Below, in pieces: positions 48,492 to 61,809 of a DNA stretch of 64,000 bases. The notes under the pieces are model-generated. The model was given only the letters and a program-made list of their open reading frames with translations. It had not been told where the DNA came from and ran no database searches. The stretch spans positions 55,244,001-55,308,000 of the forward strand of contig CM059432.1 of assembly GCA_030390025.1 (NCBI GenBank). Reading direction: 5' to 3'. Position numbers and translations under genes: made by a program. Every line of letters starts with the position of its first letter. Position 1 is the stretch's first letter. The DNA comes from Squalus acanthias. Its lineage: Eukaryota.

Positions 48492-51400
48492 CTAATCTAC
48501 CTTTCCTAAGATCCTTGAAAATATTATCACCACTCACTTCTGTGCTGACTTCGTTCACATTTCCTTGTTCAAGTCATTCCAATTGAGCTTCCACTCTTCC
48601 CAAGCACTGAGGCTACCCTGGTCAGTCACTAATAACATCCTTTATAACTACAACCATGGCATGTTATCCCTCCTTGACCTCTCCAATACAATTGGATATT
48701 CCATCTTCTTCTAGCACCTCGCCTCTGTAGTTCACTTAGCTCATGGTCAAACAGAACATTGAGGTTGTGAACTATCTGGTTCAGCCTGAGGAAGCTGCAA
48801 GGGAGGGGGTGGACTGTTTTGCTTGTCTTCACTTCTACCTGTATCAGTTCGAAGGTAGCCATCACATTTTTTACAATAGCTTTTCCTCCCATCTGTGCAC
48901 GAATACCTCTGAAGTACCCAAGATTTCATCCTTGGTCATTTTGTTTTCCTCCTTTAGATGTTGTATATCAGCGATATTGTCCTTAAGCACAGGATATCTT
49001 TACACATGTGTCTAACGACACTCAGCTCTACCTCTCCACTGTCACTCTTGACTCCATGATCATCCCTGTGGTCAGATTACTTGTCTAACAGTAAGTTGTG
49101 GATGAGCCAGAACTCCCTTCAGCTCAATATCGGAAAGGTGGAAGTTATCGTATTTGGCTCCCAATGAAAAACTCCTCTCATATCATTGCCCTCGACTCTA
49201 ACCCCTTTCCTGGCTGCTTGCTCAGGCTGAACCAGATGGTTTGCATCCCCAGGGTTGCGTTCTAGCTGAATTTCAAACCCCATATCGTATCCATAAATGC
49301 TTAATTCCACTTTCACAACATTGTGCACCTCTACCTTTAGCTCACCCCTTATCCATCATTATCTCCAGAACAATATTCTTCTCCTTGGCCTGCCAATATC
49401 CATTCTACACAAACCTCCACGTACCCAAGACTCTGTTATCTGCATCTTGTTCCACAACAAGGGGGAGAATTTCCATGAAGTTCTCCTCTGCTTTCCTGCC
49501 ATTTTGGCGGAAACCCTGGAGAAGCCCCACAAACCCCCCATGGAAATTTCAGGTGGAAGAACCGCTCACCCAACACTCTTGCCATCATCAACCTTCATCG
49601 GCTCCCTATCCCCCAAAATATCGAGTTCCAAATCATTATCTTCATTTACAAATCCCTCTCTGGCTTTGCCCCACCTTGCCTCCAGCACTTCCTCCAGCCC
49701 TGTCCCAGTATGCACTCTTCAGTCCTCCAACTCGGACCTTCTGTGCATCCTACCATCCATTCAATCACCATTGGTGGCAGAGCCTGCAGCCACCTTGGCC
49801 CTATTCTCTGGAACCCTTTTCCTAAATCTCCCTCGCACTTTTTTCTTTCCTTTCAAAGGCCCTATTAAAAATCTCTTTTCAAACATGCATTTGATCACCA
49901 TTCTGTCCATTTCTGTCTGGTGTCCATTTTTACTCTGTGAAGCACCTTGGGACATTTTACGACATTAAAGGCACAACATAAATATAGATTGTTAATGTTT
50001 TGGTTACTGTTGCAATCTATTTACGGACGTCATCCCAACTTTATAAACATACAGATCCCAAAGCCATTAATCACTTAATAGCAAACAAGTGACACGTACT
50101 GCTGTATTTTTAGAATTATTAAACAGCTAGAACATGTGCAACATTGAGTCCATTGAGTGTTGTGTGATTGAAAAATAGAGTATATCCTGCTGCCAGAGGA
50201 ACATAATTTCAAACTGCAAGAACATGACCTCTTTTAGATGTAGGACTTCTTTCTTCAGCAAGACTGAGGCTTGTAGATAAATTGGCATTTTCTAAATTTC
50301 GTGAAACTATCACGCACAAGATTTAAGCGCTCCACAGCAGAATTACAGAAATGTTCATCAATTCTTCCTGTTAATTGATTTGTGACTTGGGAACTACGAA
50401 AAGATGCTTTTTAATTAGTTGCTTTACTTTTCCTTTATGCTAATGATTCTTATTGGACAAACTTGTTAGCAGCAAAATTGCATGCATTCAGTTCTTTCAA
50501 TTGGATCCATTAAAAACAATGAAAAAAGCACAAGTCATTCTTTATTCACAATGGGAGAAAAATACAGCCTTCAATTTTTTTTCAAAATAAGCTTTTGGAT
50601 AAGTATGATTTGTTTTGCAATTGGTAATGAGATGACACAGATGGACTAGATTTCACTCATCCATTGCCAATGGGTAGAAAATCTACAATTCCTTTATGTG
50701 ATTTACAAACTTGGCAAAATGACATGCAAGGAATGTTAGCAAGAGAACAGTATGTTTTTGAGGTGCGTGAGTAAATAAGTAGCTGGACTTGATAGTATGA
50801 TGTAAAAGATATGAAATCAGATCAGATACTAAAGGGCATTCAGCACTGAGTTCATTTTAAAGTGGCTTAGTGAGGTACAAAGGGCATTGAACATCTACAC
50901 GTGTATTTTGTTCTGCATGAATAGTTAAAGAAAATTATTTTACCAAACTGGGGTGGCTGAGAATGGCAGTTATTTACAAATAAGAAAAAGATACCCTTTC
51001 AATAATTGTTAATATTTTCTTTAATTTTACATGCAAAGCAAAATTAACTCAATTATTGTTTTTGAATTTTTTGGTGTAACTTAGCAGAATGAAATCCAAC
51101 TTGTGCAGGATTTCCTGATGTCTACCACCTGATGGCAGGATCTGCAGGGAGAGAACAAACCACCTGAAACAGCCAGTCACTTCATTTACACATCAATTTG
51201 GGAGGTCTTCGGCTGGCAAGCTAGTTTCTGCTGTCCGTGCATGTGGGGCACTTGGTGTTGAAGATACCCATATAAAATCAAATGCCCCGTATTGCTAGGT
51301 GGCGACAAAAAAGAAAATGTGTTTCAAGGGCCACAGTGGGTGCTTTTGAAATCCTTTCAAAAAGCTTATTCTCAGCTGAATTTCTTCATTTTTTTCACTT

Positions 51401-53001
51401 TCATCTATTTTTCTGCCTTCCGCTCTGAGGCTGCCATCTTTCCACTTCCCCCCCTCCCCATTCTAAAAGGAGGTGACAGTGAGCTTCTCCTTGCAAATAA
51501 CAACAACTTGCATTTATATAGCACCGCTAATGTCGTAAAATATCCCAAGGTGCTTCACAGGAGTGTTATCAAACTAATGATACCCCTGATTGTTGCTTTT
51601 TGGAAGGAGGAGCAAAGCAAGAAGGATAGGCTGGTGATTCAATCGCAACATTAACAGTTCCAAAAACAGAAAGCTTACAATTCTATTATCAGAGATCCTT
51701 ACTCTCAAATCTTAACTTCGCTACAGTTTTACAGTTCTTCGTCTTATTCAGGATATCCACCAAAATCAAATACAGTACCTTGATCCCCGAGATACAAAGA
51801 GTTGTAGGCTTATAGAGCCACCTCTGAAGCCTGAGAATTGCTTTGCCCCTTTACAGCGAATCTATTATCCCATTTGAAAGTTCAATATTTATACCCTTTT
51901 TCAGTGGTATTTCCTTTAAAGTTTTCTGCTGATGTAAGCTAATTATCTCAAGTCATTTTTCTGCTGACTTCTGCAATTCTTAGTCACCTCAGCTGGTAGC
52001 ATTACAGACTCGTGTCTCTCCTCTAGGTGTTCGAAGCTTACCATAAAAAACGGTGCAACAGCAGGTGCATTTCATTTGATGTCATTTTTACTAAGGCCTT
52101 CTGTTTGTGCCTCTCTACGAAGTGTAAATTAGAAAACCTTGTACGGGGTGTACCATTGTCTGCTCCCAAAGATTCAGACTGTTAGGAGCCTTTAACCTTC
52201 TGTTTCAATAAGGTTATTGATTCAGTGTCAACAACTATCTTATCTCTATAGCCAGAAAGCTGTAACAGTTTTAGATTGTTGAGGCTTCCAGATTTCCAAA
52301 CCCAGTTTGTCATGTTTTAATAAGGCCAGAATTCTTTCATAGAATGGTGTATTTTTCTGAATAGGTTATGTGGCTTATTCCTTCACACTATGTATACAAC
52401 TTCCTGTTTTGATACTCAGTAAAGGTGTATGTTTTAGATCTCCTATAAGTAATGTTGTTTAACTTCAGAAAGAGATTCCCAGCCATATCTTCAATGTTAA
52501 TTTTCAGGATTAAAATAATTATTCAGACCTCATTTAGACTGATAATAGATAAAGCTATTTTCCTTGTTATAGATGCATTATATTGTTTGTTGTGTTGTTC
52601 ATTTTTGAGTTGAAAGGACAGAATTGGTCACTGAAATCTGATAGATGTTCACTTTATTTAACTTTCATATTCAACTTCCCAAGTAATTAAAATGAAACTC
52701 CACCAACAAAAAAAAGTTTCCTCCACCAAAACGTACACAATATACATACATAGATCTTCTTTTAAGATGTGAAACAGGCTCCTGTGCCTGCTTTCACTAA
52801 CTGTAAAATTGTCGGACGTAGTTGTTGGGCAGTTGGTGGGCAATTAGCCCAACTCTACGCCAGCAATTAGTATTTCCCCGTCAGTGCGGATCATCCGTAC
52901 CCTGACAGATCGCAAGTTCGGGGGAAATTCCGAACTTGCAGGATATGTCAAAGGTCATACTCTGAGAGTATGCCGTCATACCCACCGCAAAATATGCCTC
53001 A

Positions 53002-53460
53002 TTAACTCTTGTTTCTCTCTCCATAGATGCTGTCTGACCTGCTGAGTATTTCCAGCATTTTCTGTTTTTATTACAGCATATCCTTCTTTTCTTCCTCGTG
53101 TGCTTATCTAGCTTCCAGTGAAATGCATCTATACTATTTGCCTCAAGCACTCCCTGTGGTAGCAAGTTTCACATTCTCACCACCCTCTGGGTAAAGAAGT
53201 CTCTCCTGAATTCCCTATTGGATTTATTAGTGACTATCTTATATTTATGGCCTCTATTTTTTGTCTCCCTCACAAGTGGAAACATCTTTTCTACGTCTAC
53301 CCTATTGAAACCTTTAATAATTTTAAAGACCTCTGTTGGGTCACCCCTCAGCCTTCTCTTTTCTAGAGAAAAGAGCTCCAGCCTGTTCAATCTTTCCTGA
53401 TAGGTATAACCTCTCAGTTCTGGTATCGTCCATGTAAATCTTTTTTGCACCTTCTCCAGT
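53002..53460. mobile_element. PLE terminal fragment (53002-53077, +) abutting a CR1 3' fragment (53078-53460, -)
   Basis: PLE terminus sequence, then LEKVQKRF...RLRGD...RGHKYK...FFTQRVV on the minus strand. Confidence 0.88.
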
Positions 53461-53585
53461 GGCTCGATACAGGTCATACTAAATCCAGCTGATAATTAAA
53501 ATTTAGTATTAAAGGTGAATCAGTTAGCACTGGAAATGAGTAAATAAATAAATAAGTTCTGCACAATAAATTAAAAGAACAGATA

Positions 53586-54340
53586 ATGGCAGCACAGGTT
53601 TTGTGTCAGGACTGCAGAATGTGGGAATTGGTGGACAGCGAGACTGTCCTGGATGACCACACCTATGGGAAATGTCTCTGGCTTGAGAGTTACTTCTGTT
53701 CACAGTTCTTGAGCTGGAGCGCGAGTTAGAGACACTCCGACACATAAGGGAGGGATGAGGAATTTCTGGATAGTTTACTCCAGAACACAATCACAAGAAG
53801 TAGAGAGATAGAGGTACAGAAAGAGGAGTGTGTGACTGACAGCAGCAGGGTAAAGTGGGGGGTTGGGGGGGAATCCTAGGGGAGGTAGAGAAGGAGGTCC
53901 CACAGACACTGGTCCTGTCCCAACAGGTACGATGAACACACAACCTGTGGGGATTAGGAAGGAGGCTGTGGGGAAGATGGCCAGAATGCTAACCATGGAA
54001 CTGTGGAGCAGGTGGGGAGGAACAGAATAGAAAGCTTGTAGTTATAGGGGATTCGTTAATTAGGGGGATAGAAAGTATCCTCCACAGTAACGATTGAGAG
54101 TCCAGGAAGGGTGTGTTGCCTACACATTGTGCCAGGGTAAAGGATATCTCAAAACGGCTGGAGAGGAACTTGGAAAGGAAGGGTGAAGATCCAGTTGTCG
54201 TGATCCATGTCGGAACCAAGGACATAGAAAAGAACAGGGAGGAGGTCCTGCTGAGGGAGTATCAGGAGCTAAATTAAAAAGCAGGACCTCAAGGGCAATC
54301 TGAGTCATGAGCTAATTAGCATAGGGACAATCAGATCAGG
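53586..54340 (+). pseudogene. CR1 ORF1 remnant (zinc finger/leucine zipper plus SGNH esterase)
   Basis: MAAQVLCQDCRMWE, ELERELETLRHIRE, VVIGDSLIRG and VVIHVGTKD motifs, with frameshifts. Confidence 0.85.
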
Positions 54341-56442
54341 AGCATAGTGGTTCTGTTGGATAAGGTAGCATGATGGTTATGTTACTAAGGTCCAGAGATG
54401 CGAGTTCACGGATAAAAAAATCTGGAATAAAAAGCTAGTATCAGTAATGGTGACCATGAAACTGTTGTTAAAAACCCATCTGGTTCACTTTAGGAAAGGA
54501 AATCTGCTGTCTTTACCCGGTCTGGCCTATATGTGACTCCAGACCCACTGCAATGTGGTTGACTCTAACTGCCCTCTGCAAGCCACTCAGTAGTAACACA
54601 CCGCTACGAAAAACAATAATAATAATAAAACCGGACGGACCACCCGGCATCGACCTAGTAACCGGCTTCGGACACGACAATGGCACACCCAGCCCAGTGG
54701 ACCCTGCAAAGTCCTCCTCACTAACATCTGGGGACTTGTGCCAAAATTGGGAGAGCTGTCCCACAGACTAGTCAAGCAATAGCCTGACACAGTCATACGC
54801 ACAGAATCATACCTTTCAGCCAATGTACCAGACTCCTCCGGCAGGACAGACCCACCAGAGGTGGTGGCACAGTGGTATACAGTTGGGAGGCAGTGGCCCT
54901 GGGAGTACTCAACATTGACTCTGGACCCTATGAAGTCTCATGGCTTCAGGTCAAGCATGAGCAAGGAAACCTCCTGCTGATTACCGCCCACCCTCAGCTG
55001 ATGAATCAGTACTCCTCCATGTTGAACACCACTTGGAAGAAGCACTGAGGGTAGCAAGGACACAGAATGTCCTCTGGGTGGGGACTTCAATGTCCATCAT
55101 CAAGCGTGGCTCGGTAGCACCACTACTGACCGAGCTGGTCGAGTTCGGAAGGACATAGCTGCCAGACTGGGCCTGCAGCAGGTGGTGTGAGAACCAACAT
55201 GAGGGAAATCCTACTTGACCTCATCCTCACCAATCTACCTGTCGCAGATTCATCTGTCCATGACAGTATTCGTAGCAGTACAGTCCTTGTGGAAATGAAG
55301 TCCCGTCTTCACACTGAGGACACCCTCCATCGTATTGTGTGGGACTACCACTGTGCTAAATGGGATAAATTCAGAACAGATCTAGCAGCTCAAAACTGGG
55401 CATCCATGAGGCGTTGTGGGCCATCAGCAGCAGCAGAATTACATTCCCACACAATCTGTAACCTCATAGCCCGGCATATCCCTCACTCTACCATTACCAT
55501 CAAGCCAGGGACCAACCCTGGTTCAGTGAGGAGTGTAGAAGAGCATGCCAGGAGCAGCACCAGGTGTACCTAAAAATGAGGTGCCAACCTCGGGAAGCTG
55601 AAACACAGCACTACATGCATGCTAAATGGAGGAAAAAGCATGCTGTAGACAGAGCTAAGCGATCCCACAACCAACGGATAAGATCAAAGGTCTGCAGTCC
55701 TGCCACATCCGGTCGTGAATGGTGCTGGACAATTAAACAACTAACGGGAGGAGGAGGCTCCATGAATATCCCCATCCTCAATGATGACGGAGCCCAGCAC
55801 ACGAGTGCAAAAGACAAGGCTGAAGCGTTTGCAATCATCTTCAGCTAGAAGTGCCGAGTGAATGATCCATCTCAGCCTCCTCCTGAGGTGCACACCATCA
55901 CAGCCAATTTAATTCACTCCACGTGATATCAAGAAACAGCTAAGCGCACTGGATACAGCAAAGGCTGTGGGCCCCGACAACATCCCAGCTGTCGTGCTGA
56001 AGACTTGTGCTCCAGAACTAGCCGTGCCTCTAGCCAAGCTGTTCCAGTACAGCTACAACACTGGCATCTACCCGACAATGTGGAAAACTGCCCAGGTATG
56101 TCTTGTCCACAAAAAGCAGGACAAATCCAATCCATCCAATTACCACCACATCTGTCTACTCTCAAATCATCAGCAAAGTGATGGAAGGTGTCGTCGACAA
56201 TGCTATCAAGCAGCACTTTCTCACCAATAACCTGCTCACCGATGCTCAGTTTGAGTTCCGCCAGGACCACTCAGCTCCAGACCTCATTACAGCCTTGGTC
56301 CAAACATGGACAAAAGAGCTGAATTCTAGAGGTGAGGTGAGAGTGACTGCCCTTGACATCAAGGCAGCATTTGACCGAGTGTGGCATCAAGGAGCCCTAG
56401 TAAAATTGAAGTCAATGGGAATTAGAGGGAAAACACTCCACT
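54340..56442 (+). mobile_element. CR1/L2-group LINE (family B), 5' part: UTR, APE endonuclease, RT start; 3' end missing
   Basis: APE-type motifs (TNIWGL, TESYL, GDFNVH, LDLILTN), then sequence colinear with 33687-34320. Confidence 0.9.
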
Positions 56443-57412
56443 GTACTTTTATTTTTCAGAGCTGTATAACATTATCTTTCTTACTGTACTTTATATGCAG
56501 CTCTATGTAAATCTCTTTAAAAATATTATCTTGCTTATCTCAATTTGAAACAATTTGTTTCAGTAAATAATTTAGTAATACTTTAGCAGTGGGACAATAT
56601 CAACCAGAAATTAATATGCCATAATTCAGCCAGTTTAAGAAAGAAAATAATTGTAAGAATAGAAAAGTGTATAGACAGCACTATACAGACGCTTCAACTG
56701 TAAGACTGCCTCCTGGGGCACACTGCTGTTTTTCTTTCCGCTGTCAAAGTCTGCTGTTCAGCTACATATTTAACTTGTTTTTCTGCATGCTTGGAGGATT
56801 TTGTATCAAGGTTAGGCTGAGTCACAGCCAAAACTGATGTGCTTTGAGATGCAGGACTATCACGGAAATGAAGCCTAACTATAGGGAGCTTTACACTGAG
56901 AGAATGCTATCAATCACAGATGTAAAATACTCCCACCATCAACGGCACTCTAATATAAATACCAACCTATCCACTACCAGCAGCAGCGAGACATTTTCAT
57001 GGACCTCATGAACTGCTGTCGTATTAAGCACCGAATCCACTTACCCGTTAAATGAGCAGAGCTGCTTCTATGCACCTGTGTACTTGCATCATGATCCTAC
57101 ACTGTGTCTGATGCAAGTACACAGGCACATGGCTCTATATTGATTCCCAGGCCAACCCTATATGCAATGTAATACTTACAATGCAATAAGCAATTTTAAG
57201 TAATATAGCAGGCAATAAATTGCAGCAAAAACCCCACTGCACTCGATTTGTGGCATGTTAATCAAAACGACTACTTCAAATAAAACTCAGAAACACTGCT
57301 AGTCATGATATTCCCCTGTTTGCACTTGTGGAAGCACAAAAATCATAGAACTGGCCTCCAAATGACTTACAGCAAGTGGTGGGGGTGGTGGACCACTGAT
57401 TGATTCCTAGGC

Positions 57413-58090
57413 TGAGATGTTTACCCTATGAGGAGAGATTGAGTAGAATGGGCCATTTTTCTCTGGAGTTCAGAAGAAGGAGAGGTGATCTCATTGAAAC
57501 GTATAAAATTCTTAGAAGGCTTGACAGGGTAGATGCTGAGTGGAAAGTCTAGAACTAGGGGTCATAGTCTCAGGATAAGGGGTCAACCATTTAGGACTGA
57601 GATGAGGAGAAATTTCTTGACTCAGAGGGTTGTGAATCTTTGAAATTCTCTACCCCAGAGGGTGAGGCTCCAAGCTGGAAGACAGCAATCTCAAGACTGT
57701 GATCGATAGATTTTTGGACACTACGGGAATCAAGGGATATGGGGTAAAAACAGAAAATGCTGGAAATACTCAGCAGGTCAGGCAGCATCTGTGGAGAGAG
57801 AAAGAGAGTTAACATTTCAGGTCTGTGACCTTTTCTCAGAACTGGAAAAAGTTAGAGATGTAACAGATTTTAAGCAAGTGCAGGGGCAGGGAAAGGGGGG
57901 AGGGGAGGAAAGAACAAAAGGGGAAACAGAAATCGATGAAGATGAACATGGTAAAAGACAAATGGGGGTTATGGGGGGTTGGGCGGGAAAGTGGAGTTGA
58001 GGTAGAAGATCAGCCATTATCTTATTGAATGGTGGAGCAGGCTTTAGGGGCCATATGGCCTACTCCTGCTCCTATTTTTTATGTTCTTAC
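57413..58090 (+). mobile_element. CR1 3' fragment with a PLE terminus inserted (~57745-57970, -)
   Basis: SRTRGHSLRIRG and CR1 tail. The insertion is flanked by TATGGGG repeats and carries a decayed hammerhead (57807-57843, core CUGAGAA). Confidence 0.85.
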
Positions 58091-58407
58091 GTTCTTATCA
58101 CAAAATATATCAGGGCTAGCTACATGCAGAGTGCTTCCAGGTCTTCATTTTAGTGCTGCACTCCTAAGACCAAATATTAAAGTAAAAGTGGCTAATATCT
58201 CTCTCAGTAGTTGACACGACATTCAATATTGCTTTAAGGTAGCAGATAAGAATACAGGACTAACTTATATCAAGATACTGCCCACATCTTCCTTTAAAAA
58301 AAAAATCATAGCCTAGAAATTACTGTTTGTGATATTAGCATACAAACTTTTATCACATTCATATGATGTTACTTGGTCTGCTATGTTAGTGGAGATGTTA
58401 ACCCATT

Positions 58408-60168
58408 GGGCTCGATTTTGCCAGGCCCGAGGAGGCAGGATTGGAGGCGCGAGGTGTTAAAAATCGCAAAAAATGGCAGGTAGCTCCGATCCCGCCTCCA
58501 GCCCGCCTCCGAGCAATTTTCCCAGAATCGGGGTTTCAGACCCCGTTTCCATCCCGCCTCCAAGAGGCGGGATAGGCCCTTAAGGCCCTTAACAACCAAT
58601 TAAGTGCCTCTATAATCCAATTTTAAGAGGTCTTTCTGAATTAAACACTTTTCCCCCATGCTGCACGTCTCCTCTGGAACACGCCAGTGAATCCTGGTGG
58701 CCTCAAGTGGATTGCTTACTAACAGCTGCAGCTCCACCATTAAAAAGGAGTTTTCAGCAATCATCATTTGCAGATGGCAAAACTTTGTTGTCTCAGGTCT
58801 GGGGGAACTTTTAGCAGGCCTACTCATTGTTGTGGAAGTTTGGCGCCGGAGACCCATCTCCAGTGTGACCTCCTGGGAAACCCCTCTCCCCACCTTGACT
58901 GAGCGCTTCCTCAACTGAGGCATATACCAGAAGAATGGGAACCATTTATTTCCTTTCCTCCTGGACAGTGGGGAGGGGGGCTGTCGCTGGTCCTGTTGGG
59001 GAGTAAAGGAAAGAGTTAGACATGTGAGATAAACGTTGCATGCACATTGAATTGTGCAGATGATCATAAGTCAATCTGTTAGAACATCAGAATCAATATC
59101 AGTCACTCATGCAATGTCAATGAGAGAGATGAAAAACTATTCTGTCACCAGCTTGCTCTGATGCGCCCGTCTGTCCGTCCCCCACTTGCGCATCCTCCTC
59201 GACTCCCACGATCTCCAGGGCCGCCTCCTCCGCAGTGGTGAGCTGGGCTATTGAGGGTGGCCCGCCTCCATGTCCTCGTCCTCTCCCTCTTATTGTGGGC
59301 TCTCTTTTCCTGCAATGAGGGACACAAGTGGAGTTTGAGTGAGAATGAAGGAGTGAGTGTAGAGAATCCATAGCATAGATGCTTAGAAGGACACAAAGAT
59401 GGAGTGAGGTGCCAAGACCAAGGGCCCTCCCTGTGTGTTGTAAGTTGTTGTCATAGCATCACAGTGATAGGGAGTGTGAGGGCTGCATAGTCGAATAGTT
59501 AAGTGAATGTAAACATACAGAGAGAGGGAATGGGTAAGGGTGCAGGGATGTAAGGGTGAAGTGGGATGTGGAGGAGGAGGTTGACAAAGCAGAGTGCTGG
59601 TGATGAGAGGCGATGGGGATCAGATTGAGGGTCATGGGGATGGAATACTCACTTTTCCTGTGCGGAGAAGATCATGAAACCTCTTTCGGCACTGCAGCCA
59701 GGTTCTGCTGCACATTGATATCGCATTCACCTCCTGTGCCACTTGCAGCCACACAGCTTTGGTCTGTTGTGGAGGCTTTTTCCTCCCTGAGGAAGGAAAG
59801 AGCACTTCCTTGTTTGCTCTTGCTCCCTCCAGAGCTTTGGAGGGAGGCCTCATCGAATCTGGGTGCATACTTTGGTCTGGTGCTGGACATAGTTGCAGTA
59901 GGAATCCCTCAGAAGTGTGTTGATAAAGTTGTAAGGCTGAAAAAGAACCATGGCTGCTTGCAGGCCTTAAATCCAGCTGCATAGATGACATCGGAGGCGA
60001 GTTTCAGTATCAAAAGACTCATTGGGCCAGGGGTTCCCACACGCTGGAAATCAAGTGCCCAATTAGGGCAAAATCGCACTTTTGTCCCGCCTCACATTGG
60101 AGGCGGGGTCCTGACACGCCGACCACCTGACACGCCCCCAGCCCGCCCCCAATGACAAAATCCAGCCC
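58408..60168 (-). mobile_element. Non-autonomous Harbinger retaining Myb exons (59653-59890, 59149-59309, ~58790-58992), no transposase
   Basis: ATT|GGGCTCGATTTTG ... CAAAATCCAGCCC|ATT. MSSTRPKYAPRF, EVLF, WLQVAQEV and RTWLQCRKRFHDL motifs; frameshifted. Confidence 0.92.
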
Positions 60169-60895
60169 ATTTAGTTCAAATGAGTAATGGCTTCCTTTAA
60201 ATAGCAGTTGAAGGGAAGTCACACAAACAAGTTAAGTATTTGCACATTAACATTGCAAACAGCAGTTTCTAAGCTAACAACTCCCATCTATTAGGAGATA
60301 TCCTCATTCTTATGAGGAATTGCTGTTTTGGATCTTCCCCACACCCCACCCCCAATGAAGGGGCTAAGCTGCACAAAGTGGGAGCAGCCCTGGACCAGGC
60401 TCCTCACTCCTTCCAATATGTGACCCATCAACCAGTCCAATGTGGCATAAGCAGTTGCAGCTGTCACATGCCAACCAAATTTACCTTCCAGCTCTTCCCC
60501 AAGCGACTGTACACATAGGCATGTATGGAACAAGAAGCCAATCAGAATTCTCTCCTAAAGTACCTCTTCACAAAGAATGCTGCACACACCAGGAGACCCA
60601 GACTACATGTCATGCCAAGTAGTTGAGTCAGAGATGGATCATCAGGTGAGTGGTCTGCAATATAATGACATAACTCAGATTGGGCATGCATTACATTGTC
60701 AATGTTTTCACTAGGGAGCAGTTGCTCCCATGCAGTTGGCACTTTAGCTCACAAAGTTTATTCCTTTTCTTCTCTGGCCTATCATTTCTAATTAGTGTCT
60801 CTGATCTTTCTCACATTTTCTCCCATTGCATTGTCAATGTTTTATTGATCTTGTGCTTCTCACAATGAGTATTCGAGGTTGTGAGAAGAGTATTA

Positions 60896-61608
60896 GGGGG
60901 AAAAATTCGGTGTCACTCCTTTTGGGGCGCTAACGTCGCCGGGGCACTAAAATTAGCGCCTCTCCGCCTGAAATTCAGTTGCAGTGCCCCAAGCAGGAGG
61001 CGGGACGCTACTGAAGCGCTCCATCTCCTTCTTGGGGCACTACAACTGAATATCGCGGTGCTACGTGCAGCAGCGCCACACGTGTTGGCACGTAGCGCCG
61101 CGTCATTGCAGGCCGCCCTCCACTGATTAAAGGGGAGGGGCCTAGCACTGTGCGCACCGGGGCGCTGCTGGACCACCGGGGTGCGGGGTGCCGTGAAAAC
61201 AGCCCGGCACTCAAGAGGAGTGCCCAGCTGAGCGATCGCGGCCGGCACCCCAAAGGAAATAGGGGAAGGGGGCAGGTGCTGGCTGTCGACCAAAAAAAAT
61301 GGCCACCCGACACCTGCCCTTTAAGTAGTGCCGCGGCGGCTGTAAAACTGCCACCCTGACCCTGTCGGACATATCGTCCGGCGATAGGTCAGGGGACGCA
61401 ACCCAAGTTTGCGGCCAGGGCGTGAGCAGGGCGCTGCACACGGTGATGATATCATTGCCGGTGGCGCAGCGCCACGGGGCACTACTGGCACCACTAACCT
61501 CCCGCTGGATTTCGCGGGAGACGTTAGCGGTACCATGCCCAGGCGCTAGGGGATTTGCATCCTCTGGGGGCGCTAACGAGAGGCGCAGATCAACCCAAAT
61601 TTTCCCCC
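60896..61608. mobile_element. Tourist-like MITE
   Basis: TTA|GGGGGAAAAATT ... AAATTTTCCCCC|TTA; CpG-rich. Confidence 0.92.
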
Positions 61609-61809
61609 TTAGTCTCTTCATGTTTCTACCATTCCCTCCACCTTTACACTGACATTCTCTCATTTCTCCCCAAAGCTGTGGCATTAGTCATTGTCTTCTT
61701 ATAATACACGGAATTTTTTTCTTGTAGCTTTCCTCACCTGAAGGCATTGATTCCTTGCTGTGGTTTGGCACCTTTCCAATTTCTTGCCCCAGTGGCTCTT
61801 ATTCATGTG

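Larger units (their letters stand above)
44070..49995 (+). mobile_element. Old degenerate L2 LINE (44070-44337 and 48492-49995), split by a Harbinger
   Basis: Rejoined flanks read NY..ISNLPFL.ILE. Degenerate RT motifs follow. The 3' tail (gtgaagcaccttgggacattttac...aaaggcac) resembles the DeuSINE tail. Confidence 0.75.

Noticed and set aside
49241..49968. 194-aa and 223-aa ORFs
   Set aside because: Chance frames over a decayed L2 3' region with a small inserted repeat.
57807..57843. Active hammerhead
   Set aside because: Core mutated (CUGAGAA) and the stem III palindrome is lost (AUGU). Recorded only as a decayed copy.
60881..61684. CpG island or cluster of ORFs
   Set aside because: The CpG-rich part lies within a TIR/TTA-bounded MITE. 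The same applies to 15024-15915.
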